Below are positions 22,448 to 34,914 of a DNA stretch of 50,515 nucleotides, in pieces. Location of the stretch: contig CDMY01000568.1 in NCBI GenBank assembly GCA_001179505.1, positions 1 through 50,515 on the forward strand. The letters are read 5' to 3'. Under the pieces are notes generated by a model. It saw only the letters and a list, made by a program, of their open reading frames with translations, was not told where the DNA came from and ran no database searches. The translations under genes were made by a program, and so were the position numbers. Each line of letters opens with the position of its first letter. Position 1 is the stretch's first letter. The stretch is from Vitrella brassicaformis CCMP3155. Lineage: Eukaryota > Protista > Chromerida.

Positions 22448-24561
22448 TCCCCCCGCACCTTCACACACCCCTCGCCCCCATCCCCCGTCCGTCCACACCT
22501 TATCGAGGTTCTCCATCACGTCAGCGAACGTGTCGAGTGGGTCGACCTCCAGCGACAGCCTGCGCGCGTAGCTGCCGGACCATGACGACTCGGTCTCGTC
22601 AAACTCGCCTTGGCTGCGACTGCGACTGCCGCCGGGGCCGCCGCTGCTGTTTTGCCGCTCGAGTGTGAGGGTAAGTGCGCCGGGGAGGTCCAGCGGGATC
22701 TCTCGCGTCATCTTGTTGGGCGAAGGTGGGCCGGGGCCATTGGTGGGGACCCGGGCCTTGCGCAAGTGCTTCAAATACCTGACGGACAGACACAGAGAGG
22801 CGTCACGTCACACACACAGCACAGCCCAGCGGTCTCTCGTGAACATGGGTCGTGTGTTGTGGTGTGGTGTGTTGTGTTGCCTTATCGAATCGACAGGCAA
22901 GGCATACCATACCAGTCTGGAATGTTGCTCTCCTCTATGTAAGAGAGGAAGCTCTCGTCCGGCGGCTCGGCCTCCTCGTTCTCGGGGATGCGGTAGCCGC
23001 CGTTGCTGTAGGGCTCCGACGGCGGCTCGTCCGAGAAGCGCAGGACGAAGTGCCAACACACCTTGCCGTGGCGGCAAGAGTAGTCGCGCCAGGCGTGCTC
23101 CACGAAGTACAAGCCGTCATACCGAAACCCATACGACGAACGATACCTAACACACATCACAAACACACACACAGACATCGAATGCACCGCACCCCTCCGT
23201 GTGGTGTGTTGTGGTGTGGTGTGACTCACTTGGAGTGCAGCGAGTGCTTTCGTATGACGCGGACGGGCTCGTGCTGCTCGTACATGGTCTGCAGGCCCTG
23301 CTCGGCGTCGGCGACGCCGTTGTCGGAGGGGCCGGGGACACACAAGAAGCGGACGCCCCGGTCCACACAATCGTTGGACACAACGATGGCCACGGCATAC
23401 TTGCCTGAATGAACCACACACACGCAGGCAGGCAGACAGGCAAACAGAGAGGCAGGGAGGGTGTCCATGTGGGTGAGTGTGTTGAGAGGATGACGTATTC
23501 ACCTTCATCGCCCCCCAGATAGACGCCATCTCGGTGTATGGTCTCCCAGTAGACCCGCCCCGACGCCTCGTCGACCTCATCCAACACACCGCCAAGCATG
23601 CGAAACGCACTCAACTCACCTGCACAACCACAACATCCAACACACGACACATGGCGGACGCATATACTGTGTTGTGCGCCGCGCCGCGCCGCTTTCCATG
23701 TCTGTCTGTCTCTGTCTGTGTGTGGTGGTCGGGTCGGGTCGCCTACCGACCTACCGTCGCGCAGAAAGTGGAATCCCGGTGTGATGGACTTGAGTGTGGG
23801 CGTGCCGAGCATGTCGTCGGCCGTCTGCCACAGCTCATACCCCGCGTTGTGCATCACCAGGGCACAGTCCTCGTCAGAGTCACGCTTCAGGCTGCCGCTA
23901 CTCAACACCTTGACCGTCTCCAACCTTACAAACACACACACACACACACACGCCATTGCACTGCTCGTGTCGTGTGTGGTTCTTCTCCCTCTCCCCCTCT
24001 CCTCTCCTCTCCTCTGTTCTGCATGTCATGTGTGGTGTGAACTCACCAGACTCGTCCGACGACCTGCAGCAGGTGTCCCGGCTTGCCCTGCCTCCCCGCC
24101 AGCCGCCGCACCTGGCGGAACACCGCCAGTGAGCAGGAGTGGGGCAGATCCTTGATACGCTGACGGGCCTCCCGCTCCTTCCTCTCAGCACGCGATGATG
24201 CCGCCGCCACGTCGCCACGCTGGGCACGAAACGACGCCAGCTGCCGGGCAGTCGGCCCTCCACGGGCCGTACCGCGACTGTCACTCCAAGGTGTTGGTGC
24301 TCTTGGGTTGGAGCTGGCTGACGCCCTCCCTCTTGTCCGGCCTCTCGGCGCTCGGTGCTCCCTGCTTCCGCTGGTGCTGCACTGGGAGGGGGCATCGGAT
24401 GAGGAATTGCTCCTCTGCTGGTCGGGTGGATCCATGTTCATGGAGCCAGACGGCAGATGCGGGGGATTGTGACCCTCCTGGGAACCCATGGCGCCTGTCT
24501 GCGGCTGGAGAATGGGGGATTTGGGTCGCTCCACTTTTTTTTTGAGCTCGCAGACGATCAT
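18009..24561 (-). CDS. SRA(YDG)-preSET-SET-postSET histone methyltransferase-like protein (SUVH-like, paralog E); start could be 24561 or 24490
   Basis: SRA motif GFRYDGLYFV (~23120); preSET start DLSGGKEPFPVP; CGCLASTCTNR; SET motifs IDAT..FGNVSRFVNHSCRPN and ITI|DYG; postSET IPC|YCGEENCRG; Pro/Gln/Ala-rich tail. Confidence 0.85.
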
Positions 24562-24790
24562 AGTGCTCCCTGAAACCGCTGCTGCACAGCGATAGTGGAG
24601 GCGATGTTGCCACAAGGAGGTCCGCACGGCCACGGCCTCGGAGCAGGAGCGAACGGCGGATCTTTCTGCCCGCCGTCCTCCCTTTGATCCACACGACCCT
24701 CACAGCTGCGGGGAGGTGTGACCAACCAAGCACTCATCGGCGGAGCGGCAGTGACTATGCTAGGGCGTCCCTCGTGTTGATAGGACGGCC
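24562..24790. promoter_or_regulatory. Putative ~230 bp bidirectional promoter between the two SRA-SET genes
   Basis: Inferred from divergent ATGs at 24561(-) and 24791(+). No motif was identified. Confidence 0.5.
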
Positions 24791-26034
24791 ATGGCGCTAG
24801 CCATGGCGGAAAGTTTGGACTGGGATGACGACCACGATGCCCATGACTACGATGACGCCAACCAGCCGGCAGCGGCACGTCAAGAGCACGTCCCATCGCC
24901 CTCCGGCTTCAACGGCACCGATGACGCTAGCGATCCCACCCCCTCCCTTGCGGATCAAGGCGACTCACCATCCTCTTTCCTCGGTGGCGGTGCCGCGCGC
25001 TACGGGGTCAGGCAGCGGCGGACAGCGAGGGGGGACAAGATGCTCGCTGCACCGTCTGAGCTCAGCAGCCAGATCGGTGCCAACGATCGGCCGAGGAGGA
25101 ACCCGTGCCGGTCGGGCGAGTTGCCGGCCGTTCCTGCTCCTGAAGTGTGTGACCTGATCACGTACAAGAATAGCTTCGGCCCTGACGGCGACAATGGCAC
25201 CACTGCGCTAGAGATCGTCAATCTGGGCCTCGTGACGCTCATGAACCAGCGCGCAAGCTTGGAGCAGTCGGTTTTGGCGCTCGAGAGGGGCGGACTCGTG
25301 CCGCCTGGGTTGGGCACCTACCCGTGTATCAGGCCTGGCGCTATGTTCTGGAACCGCCACCATCTGCGGCTCTGCGGCGTGCACAAGGACGTAACACACC
25401 CCATCGCAGTGGAGAAAGGTACGTGCAAGGCAAGCACACCGAGAGAGGAAGGTGGGGTGTGTCTTCATCTCGCCGGGCCGGGTCCATGTATTTGTGTGTG
25501 TGTGTGTGTTGTGTGTGTGTGTGTGGTGGCGTGGCCCACCTCAGGGAAGAAGACCACCGTGTGTGTGTCTGTGGTGTTGGAGGGCGACAACGTGACGGAC
25601 GACCGGGGCGACCGGTTCGTGTACGCCCTCCGACTTCCCCAAGTGAAGAAAGCTAACAAAGAGACAAGGCAACGGCTGTTGGTACGTTGATTGATCCATC
25701 CATCCATCCATCCAGGACAGCGCACTCCCTGTCTGTCTGTGTCGTGTAGTCCGTTCAGTCTACTGCGAGGCTGGCCCTCACGGCCGCATTGGACACAGAA
25801 CATCCGGTGGAAGTCTCCCGCAGCGCCATCGCAGAGTCGCCCTTCCGTCCACTGTGGGGCTGCAGATATGACGGTAGGGATGGGTGGATGGATGGCAGTC
25901 AGCGCGTCAGTATGTGTGTGTGTGTGTGTGTGTGGCTGATGGATTCAGGGCGTCACCTGGTGAAGGATGGATGGAGGGAGGAGACAGAAAGGGGGCATGT
26001 GTGGAAGTACGTGACGCTGAAACACACACAAACA

Positions 26035-26066
<32 letters not shown>

Positions 26067-27581
26067 CTCTCTGGATCGCATCGTTTGCCCTTCCCCCTTG
26101 TTCGTTCGTCGGCTCTTTCGTTCAGGTTCATCTTCAAGTCCGAGTCCCTCTTTGAGCCCACCGATCAGTCCCAACCGACGCCTTTCTACATGCCCCCCCG
26201 CCACGAAGCTCGCCGCTCCCGTGAGGTCTCGACAGACATCACCGTCGGGTCTGTGACCTTTCCCAGCCCCTTCAATCACTCGGACGAAATGAGGAAGTCT
26301 GCGACTAAGAAGGACCGCGCCGAGACGGCCGGCAGAGGGTGTGAGGTGGCTGTGGAGAGAGGTGCGTGGGGTGAGACCACCAGCAGCGTCTGGGTGCGGG
26401 ATATGGACACTTGCGAGGATGTGGAGCGGATGGTGGGTGGAAGACACACGAGCAAGGGCGGGAGGGAGGGAAGTGGCTGTGCTCGTTGCGTCCGTCATGT
26501 GTGGTGTGATTGATGTCTGGTGTTAACAGTTGATCCCTCGTGGTTTGCCGGTAGGGAGGGACAAGAACAGCCCCTTCTTCGACTTCCAGCTCAAAATCGC
26601 CACCGACACCGACACCCAAGTAGGTCACTCACTGACATCACACAAGTGACTGAGTGAGGGAAGTGATTGACACCGCCCGACGGACGGACGCTGTGCTGTG
26701 TGTGCGTATCCATCAACCCAACCAAACCAGGTCATCCCCCTGGCCAGAGCTGCTCTCAAGGACAAGCCCATCCAGCACATATTCCGCTCACGACCCGGCA
26801 AGCGCACATCCATCCTACTCCAGCCACCGTCAGTCACCACATGCACCCTCACACACACACACACACACACGCACGCACACAGTGAATGAATGACGTGTGT
26901 CTGTCTGTCTGTCTGTCGTCCTTCACGGCTGCAGGCCCGCCAACTTGTTCCACCTCCATAAGCCCATGGGCGAGCCCATTTGCGCCGACCTCGCTCTCGG
27001 CCGCGACAAGCACAAGATCGCTGTGTACAACTACGTTGATGACACTGGGCGGGACGCCAATGTCATCACCTTCTGCTACACCCGCGGGCAGATCGACACC
27101 GGCTTCCCCTACTCCCACCTCGTCAACTACGACGCCCCCTGCAGCGGCTGCGCCCCCCCATACGTCCGTGCCATCGCCGAGCGGCTGCTGGAGCAACAGG
27201 GCAGGCGCAATGAGATCAAGACCCTGGGCGCTTCCCGCGACAAGGTGCTCGGGCTGGCCGATGAGGCTGGGCAAGAGGGGAACGGGCCGAGTGGGCTTGA
27301 CGGCGAGTGGCAGCTGCTGGAGCCAGGAGGTCGGGCGGGAGTGGACGCGCCCAGGAAGTGCTTGGCCATCCAGAACAAGAAGACACGGCTCATCTACTGC
27401 CTGGGGTACACGCCGCCGGTGGACACCACAGACGTGGACAGCCGGAGTCACCACATGGGCAGCTGCAGTGACCACAATTGCCAATGCAGCCGCGAGTGTG
27501 AAAACAGGTGCGTGTGTCAGGGAGGGGCCGGACTATGGGTCGATGCACCAATGGGGCTGTGGATGACACAAACAAACACGC

Positions 27582-27618
<37 letters not shown>

Positions 27619-30600
27619 TGTGTCTTAGGGTGCGAATCGACGGCATCAGGTTTCCTCTCGCTATCCACAAGACAGAGCAGAAAGGCTGGGAGCTGCGGGC
27701 GGATGCGAGGATCCCAAAGGGCAAGCCGATCTGCGAGTACGGACACACAATACAACACAACACAAAACAGAGAGCCACGCGGCCAGACAGGTGTGACACA
27801 TGCGCGCTGTCTGTCTGTCTGTCTGTCTGTGGGTGTCTGGCTGACACTCAGGTACGCTGGTGTGCGCAAGACCCAGACCGAAGGCAACATCATGGCGGCT
27901 CGGGCGGATGACGACGAGACCAACTACATCTACAGCGTGTTCGACGAGCCCCATGACGACACAGACGTAAAAAAGAACACTTCGGGCACCACGGACGACG
28001 ACAGTCTAGAAGAGGAGAACCTCGACCCGTGCGTCGACTCCAGCATTGTCGGCAATGTTAGTCGCTTCATGGTACGTGATACACACCTGGGTCAGACGGT
28101 CAGGCGGCGCCGTGCCCTTACACACAAAGGGGAGGAGGGGGGCAGGGCAGGGCAGGGACTGACAGGCAGCTTAACCGACTGACTGTTTTGTCTCTCTGCG
28201 TGGGTTGGTTGGTGCAGAGCCACAGCTGTGTCCCTAACTGCCGGGTCGTCGCTAACTTCCCAAACGGCACTTGCTCGAGAGCCACGTGAGTGACGAATGA
28301 CTGAATGGACACACACACGTGCCGATCGATACCTATCACGAGTGGTGGTTGTGTTGTACTCGATATATCGATCACTCAGCGCGTGCGGGGCCTTCTTTCC
28401 GCAGCTGGTGGTCTTCCCCGTTCGTGACATCGAGCCTGGCCAGCCGATCACCATCGACTACACTGAGCGTACGTGAGATAGATAAAGAACCGACAGACAG
28501 ACAGACAGACACCCACACCACTCCCTCACGTCCCTCTCACTGTCTGTCCGTCTGTCTGCCCGTGTGTGTGTGTGTGCGCAGACTACGCGTACATCAAGTG
28601 CCACTGTGGGGAAGAGCTCTGCCGTGGGTACATCGGCGCGAAGCCGAACGACCACACCGACTCACCACAACGACGCCGACGGCAGGAGAAGCCAAGGCCG
28701 CACAATGACGATGACATGGCCCTGGCTCCCCTCCCCCATGCCGCTGCTGCAGCGGCAGCACAGCCGCCCCACTTCGAGCCAAATCCCTCTCCGACTCGGG
28801 AGGTGTCCGAGAGAATGGAGGAGACGGCCGGCAAGGCCACAAAGGACCCGGGCTGGTGGGCTGATGAGGTTAGCGACCCTGGGAGCAGCTCTGGGGAGAG
28901 CCAGGAGGACGGCGAGGGGAAAGATGCGGCAGAGCCGGCACCACCGCCACCACCACGACAGCAGCAGCAGCAGACCGAGCGTGCAGGGAAGGTGGCCGAC
29001 GACATGCAGCAAGAATCGGTCAGTGAGGCAGAAAGGCAGTCAGGCAAGACACTTAGGGCGTCAACCTGTGTCAAGTCAACCTGTGTTGGCTGTTTTCAGG
29101 CCTCACTCCTGCCTCCTGCTGCACCAGCAGCTGCTGCTGCACCTGCATCTGCATCCCTCGATGGCCCTGCTGGGGCTCTCCCGGCAGCAGCAGGAGAGCA
29201 GCTGCCGGCGGCGGTGGGAGATCAGCCGATGGAGGCCGACGGACAGGCCGAGAGGCAGGCCTCAGCAGATGGTGCACTGCCACAGGTATGACCAAGTCAG
29301 CCCAACCCGACAGAAACAACATTGTCACGTCTCTGTCTGATTTGTGCAGGTTTCTGCTGCTGCTGCTGCTGCTGTGTTGCCGACTTGTATGGAGCCATCT
29401 GCGCCCCCTTCGCCGCTCGGCAAGCGCAAGAGGGCCGCCGACGACGACGGCGAGGGAGAGGGAGAAGGGGATGATGCCGACGACGCCCACGCCCAGGTAC
29501 ACATGGACAGACCATGTTCTCACCACACAGCACATGTGCGACAAGCACACACATGCACGTACACGTTCGTCTTCATTCCTTGTCAGGCTGTGGCAGCACC
29601 AGCCGCTGCTGGGAGTGTGGGTGTTGCTGGTGGTGCCTCCATCAGCAGCGCGGCGCCATCAGTGCCCTCTGGGGGTGGGGACAGTCGCAGTTCATCGGTG
29701 CCCCAGCTGATGAGGATACGCAAGGTGGGGAGGAAGCGGCAGAAGACGGCTCAAGACGCCACCCAAGAGGCACCACAAGAGGCCCCCCAGGAGGCACCTG
29801 CTGATGGGGCTGCGGCTTTGGCAACTCAGCCAGCACACCACCCTGTGCTGCCGTGTGCGTCGGCTGCTGGCGGTCCACCTGCCATCGCGGTGACCAGCGA
29901 GGCAGCCGTCGAGCCAGCGGCTGAGGCGACTGCGAGTGCGAGTGCGCCTCCTGCCGAGTCGCAGCCGTCTGAGGCTGTCCCCAGGGAGGCGGACGCGGTC
30001 TTGCAACCGACTGCGGCCCCTGATGATGCCTTAGTCCGGTGGCACACGACTGGTGAGCGCCTGTCGGTCCCTCTCCCACTGCCCGCCTCGCCGCCACACA
30101 GCCGTGCCTCTCGTCGAGGAGGAGTCCGTCGACCCCCACCTACATCACCACTACCACCACCACGACTGCCGCGAGTAGGTGACCCTGTCGGTGTGCCACC
30201 TCACGACACGGCCGGCGGACTGTTCGTCGATGGCCCTCGCCGGGCCTTGATGAGCGATGTGCCCCCTCCCTCACTCTCACCACCATTCCCACCCCGGGAG
30301 GTGATGCCGCTGCTCCCTTTGCTGCCGCCCACGGCCAGGCCTATGTGCATGGAGCCTCGCCCTCGCCCGAATCATCATCCGGCCCCTCGTCCGCAATTCT
30401 ATCGCATCCATCCATCCCCGTGGATGAGCGACAGGTCCATGGCGCTCCCCCCTCTGGAGGCCGGCTTCAGCGCTGAGGAGGGACACCGAGAGAGGCGGAG
30501 CAGCCAGGGCCCCAGGTCAGCTGCAGAGCCTGCTGGTGGTGCTGGTAGCGCTGGTGGTGCCGAGGACCGCATGAGTGGGGACCGGTCGTCAATGGCCGTT

Positions 30601-33600
30601 GCCCACGGTTTCCGCTACAGGGAGGGCATCAAATTGAAAATGGGTCAGATTGGCCGCGCAAGGTTGATGGAGCTGGTGCGCAATTACCGCGGCACCCACA
30701 AGGCCGACACGGACGACATCTTGCGGCAGAATGGCCTTCACCAGCTGGAGCTTCGCAGCGCATCCATTAAGCAGCTGCTCAAGTGCGCACATCTATTCGG
30801 GCTGTGGGATGCGGCGGTGCAGATCCACATCGAATATCAGCAGCAGCAGCAGCAGCAGCGCAGACGGGAGGTGGAGGTGGTCAGGGCAGCTGAGGAGGAC
30901 CGTCTTCTCCGGCTGTCCTCCCAACTGCCCACCTTGCCCACACAGCAGCAGCACCCACGCCCCCTCCAGGACGACGACAACACTGACGGCTCTTCGGCAC
31001 CGCGTCGGAGGGGGCGGAGCCGATTCGACTCGCGCTTCCATCGACCCGGTCCTTCGCCGCAATCGATGTCAGATCAGCTTCGCACCGAAGACATGGATGC
31101 GGAGGAGGGGCTGTGGATGCTTAGGGGGTGGCCCCACCAACCCTACACCACCAACTCGTCTGCTGCGGCCCCAACCAGCGGGGAGGCACGCGTCGAGAAG
31201 TGTGCCGACCAGCTGCAGGACCAGCGCGGCAACGGCAGTGGTGACGCCAGCCACAACACCGACTCACAGGCGGGCGCACTGGTGGTCGACGGCTCGGGAG
31301 GTCAAATCGAAGCCGCACCTGCAGCAGACGGCTCGACCGAGCCAATGCAACAAGATGGCGACACCAGCGAGCACTTCGACACACGTGCATCGGTGCCGGC
31401 CGCTGCTGCTGCTGGTGGTGGAGGTGGTGGGCTGATATTGGGGCTGAAGAGGGCTGATAGGGATGAGGAGGATCGCAGCGTGGCGCCGCGGGCACGGGAG
31501 GGTGTGGGTGGGGCCGGTGGCATGATCCGCTCGGACGGATCGGGATCGCCCATGGAGCTCTGTCGGGGTGCCGAGTCTGATGGTGAGGGGGGGAGGGAGC
31601 GTCCACTGAAGCGGCAGAAGTCCATCAAGGACGAGGGTGGGGAGCACCTGCAGGTGAGTGAGGTGCACACACAACAGTACTGACTGCACTGCACAATGAT
31701 GGCTGGCGCAGATCAGATGGTCACTCACTCCTTGCTTGGTATTCTGTCATTAATTACTCAGGAGCACGCGGTGCACGTTGCACCAGCAGAGGAGCAGCCA
31801 AGCCAGCCTGCCACGGACATGGTCGACAACGCCATGACGTCTGAGCCACCTGCACACCCGGCAGGTGCTGCGGCTCCCCCTGCCGAGCTCTCCACCAGCA
31901 GCCGAATGGAGCCACCACCGGCCGTGGTCGGCGAAGCTGAGGCGCCGGCTTTCGTCACGGAGGCCGACGCAGCAGCACTGCCGCCACCGGCAGAACCAGA
32001 CCAGCATGACGACTTGAGCAACGGCGAGCTGCTCCCGCCTGTGGATGGCCATGGCGATGGGGAGATGGATGTGGATGTGCCCCCACAGGTCGAGTACTAC
32101 TTAAAATTTGCCCACTTGGATCCTCTGGAGTTATGGGACGGGGTGTCTGTGTCGCCTGCTGCTCTCCGCCGACAGGTCCATGCACACATGGCGGATGATG
32201 CTGTAGCTGCTCCGCCAGCGGCTGCAGCTGAGGGCGACGGTCATTTCTCCCTACCCTCTAGACCATCCCCACCACCCCCACCACCCCCCTTGGAGCCACT
32301 CATGGCTCAAGATGCCACTCAAGACGCCATCCAGGAGGCACCTGCTGATGGTGCTGCGGCTTCGGCAAGTCAACCAGCACACCACCCTGTGCTGCCGTGT
32401 GCGTCGGCTGCTGGCGGTCCACCTGCCATGGCGGTGACCAGCGAGGCAGCCGTCGAGCCAGCAGCTGGGGCGACTGCAAGTGCGGGTGCAGACGCGGATC
32501 GCGCCATTGACCTGGATGCGGCTCAGACCGCGGTCTCGTTCGCTGCGCCACGACCATCTGCGCCAGCTGCACCAGCTGCTGCTGCGGCTGCTGCTGCTGC
32601 TGCTGCCCCAGCCTTGCGGTTGGGTGTGAGTCCCAAGCCAAAGCCGCTCATCAGTCCCGGCAGCGATGCCGAGATGGCGCAGCCCCACCAGCAGCAGGGC
32701 CTCCTGGCCGTCCCGTACTCGCCGCAGGCGCACCCACTTGTGCCAGCTGGCGGGCAGCAGGGAGCAGGTTTTGGTGGAGGTGGTATCGGCGGGGCTGGGC
32801 AGGGCGAGCGTGACGTTAGCATGAGCCCGCGAGGCGGCCGTGGTCGCCGTGAGAACGGTGAGGTGTTGATGGCGGACCGCGTTGATGGGCGAGCGTTGGT
32901 GTTAGCGGACAAGACCCCCGTCGCCATGTGAGCAGGGAGGCTGGGTGGGTGGGTGGAGGGGCAAAAGGGACGCGATGCCTCCATCTATCCATCGATACGA
33001 TTGTGTTTGTCTGTGCACTGCAGGCCGGGGCTCGGTGCGGCCCCTGCAGCAGCTGCAGCCATCGTACCCAAGCACCCATCGCACCAGCAGAAGCAGCGTG
33101 GCGAGCCAGCCAACGGCGGGCACTCCGGCGGGCCCCCCCGCGGCGGCGGGCGTGTCAGCCCTCACATCAAGAAGAAGCAGGATCGCCAGCAGCAGCAGCA
33201 GCAGCAGCAACAATTGCGTGAGGAGTTCGGTGACGGGCCCATCTGCATTGACTTGCTGGACGAGTCGGACGAAGACGCATCCCCGCCGGCCGCAGCGGCA
33301 GCTTCACCACCAGCAGCAGCAGCAGCACGGGGTGCAGAGGTGATGGACCTGAGCCATGACGACGACGACCCGCCGGATGCACCACCACCACCACCGCCAC
33401 CACAGCCACCAGCACGACCGATCGTCGCGGAAGATGAGGACGATGACTGTGCGATCACTGGAGTGGCGGCGGCTCCTGACTGTGAGATCACTGGAGTGGC
33501 GACGGCTCCGGGAGCTGCAGCCGCCGCCGCCCAGCAGCCCATGTCGATGCCCCTCCGGAGCAGGGAAGAAATGGCAGAGAGGGCGAAGGAGCTCAAGGAC

Positions 33601-33648
33601 TTTTTGGATTGTGACGAGGGGATGGATGGGGGGGATGGGGGGCTATAA
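24791..33648 (+). CDS. SRA(YDG)-preSET-SET-postSET histone methyltransferase-like protein (SUVH-like, paralog F) with a very long low-complexity C-terminus
   Basis: SRA-like motifs PGAMFWNRHHLRLCGVH, VSVVLEGDNVTDDRGDRFVY and GCRYDG; preSET DLALGRDKHKIAVYN...CQCSRECENR; SET KGWELRA..ICEY|AG, VDSSIVGNVSRFM|SHSCVPN and RDIEPGQPITIDY; postSET KCHCGEELCRGYIG. Exons splice in frame to TAA at 33648. Confidence 0.85.
29749..32484 (+). repeat. Intragenic direct duplication of about 180-195 bp (29749-29943 and 32305-32484) in gene F
   Basis: Both copies encode AQDATQ..QEAPADGAAA..QPAHHPVLPCASAAGGPPA.AVTSEAAVEPAA.ATASA. Confidence 0.9.
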
Positions 33649-34914
33649 GTAAGGGAGTGGACCGGTGCTGTTGCCGAGTGACTGAGTTGAGTGAAACTCA
33701 CTCGAGCCGGTTCGTTCGTCTGTGTCCGTCGGTGGAGGCTGGCGCGAGAGTGAGAGAGTGAGGGAGCGAGAGAGAGGGCCGCCCCTTTTTCTGCCGATCG
33801 GTTGATGTATGGTCGGCGGGCACACATGTGATCTGCGGGCGGAAGGAAACGTGTTTGCGTGGATGGAATTGTTGATGCGTGTTGGTTCATGTGCCTTCCT
33901 TGGAGCTTTATCGGCTGAGTAGCGAACGTGCTATGCGTGTCGTTCGTGCTGTGCGTGTTATGTTATGGTGGTGCTGCGTGTCTGTCTGTCATGGTTTGTC
34001 GTGTGTCAGTCATGATGCCGCTACTCCGATGCCGCTGTGTTGCTGCTGGAGTATCCATCCACTCGCCCGCCCTTTCCCTGTAAGTGTTCTCGACGTGCGG
34101 CTCGTGAGGGCCGCAGACCGACAGACAGATCGACTGACTGACTCGTGCAATGTCACGTGGTGGATGGATGGATGGATGACGGTGTCTTGCATCCATATCA
34201 ATCAATGTCATAACATGCGTGTGATGTGAACCATGGCACCCTCGGCAGTCTTCACACGAGGGAAATCATCTCTTCCTTCACCCCTTGGTCTCGCTCAGTG
34301 ACATCCATCGGTTTGCTATCCTTCTCTCGTCTTGCTCTGGGACGTGTGCAGCGCCCTCAGGCAAGGGCCACCGACTGCCTCTTCACAGCAGGCGATCGGT
34401 GCACATTGCTAGAGCGCGCTGCATTACATCCCAGTTCTAAGATGAGTGGGAACACGGGCAAGCAGTCGAAAGCACTCAGACATGTCCATGAGTGCCGTGT
34501 CAACGAGCCGTGTGGCGGGTTCCGTTCAGTCTGTCCATGAGACCACTGTCAACCAGGCTGTAGCTGTCCAACTTTCCACGGGTGACGGCTCCAACCTGGC
34601 AGGCAGTCGCGAAACGGACAGACCGAGCTCATACCACACCAATCCAGCCCCGATACTCGGCAGCTGATACATCGTCAGGCGCGCAGTGGTTCATTCGCTC
34701 CATCCATCCATCCATCCATTCATCCAACCAGCAGCAGCAGCAGCAAAAGCACCCCTCCCTCCCTCGGTCCCTCTTTCGTGTACCTCTCTGATGCTGCTGG
34801 GCCAGCCAATGGAAAACACCCATGTTTGCACACACAGAAAAACTGGCCGCTGAAGGGGGGAGGGTCATGCAGCTCTTAGCTCTAGGATCCTCCTAGCCCC
34901 GCCCACTCACTCAC

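Noticed and set aside
19883-27628. ORFs containing HTHTHT, CVCVCV or RERERE runs
   Set aside because: They are translations of intronic (CA)n/(GA)n microsatellites read through from real exons.
28566-33890. Long antisense and alternate-frame ORFs over Gln/Ala/Pro-rich regions
   Set aside because: These are expected shadows of GC-rich low-complexity coding exons (poly-CAG/GCT) and have no independent splice or domain support.
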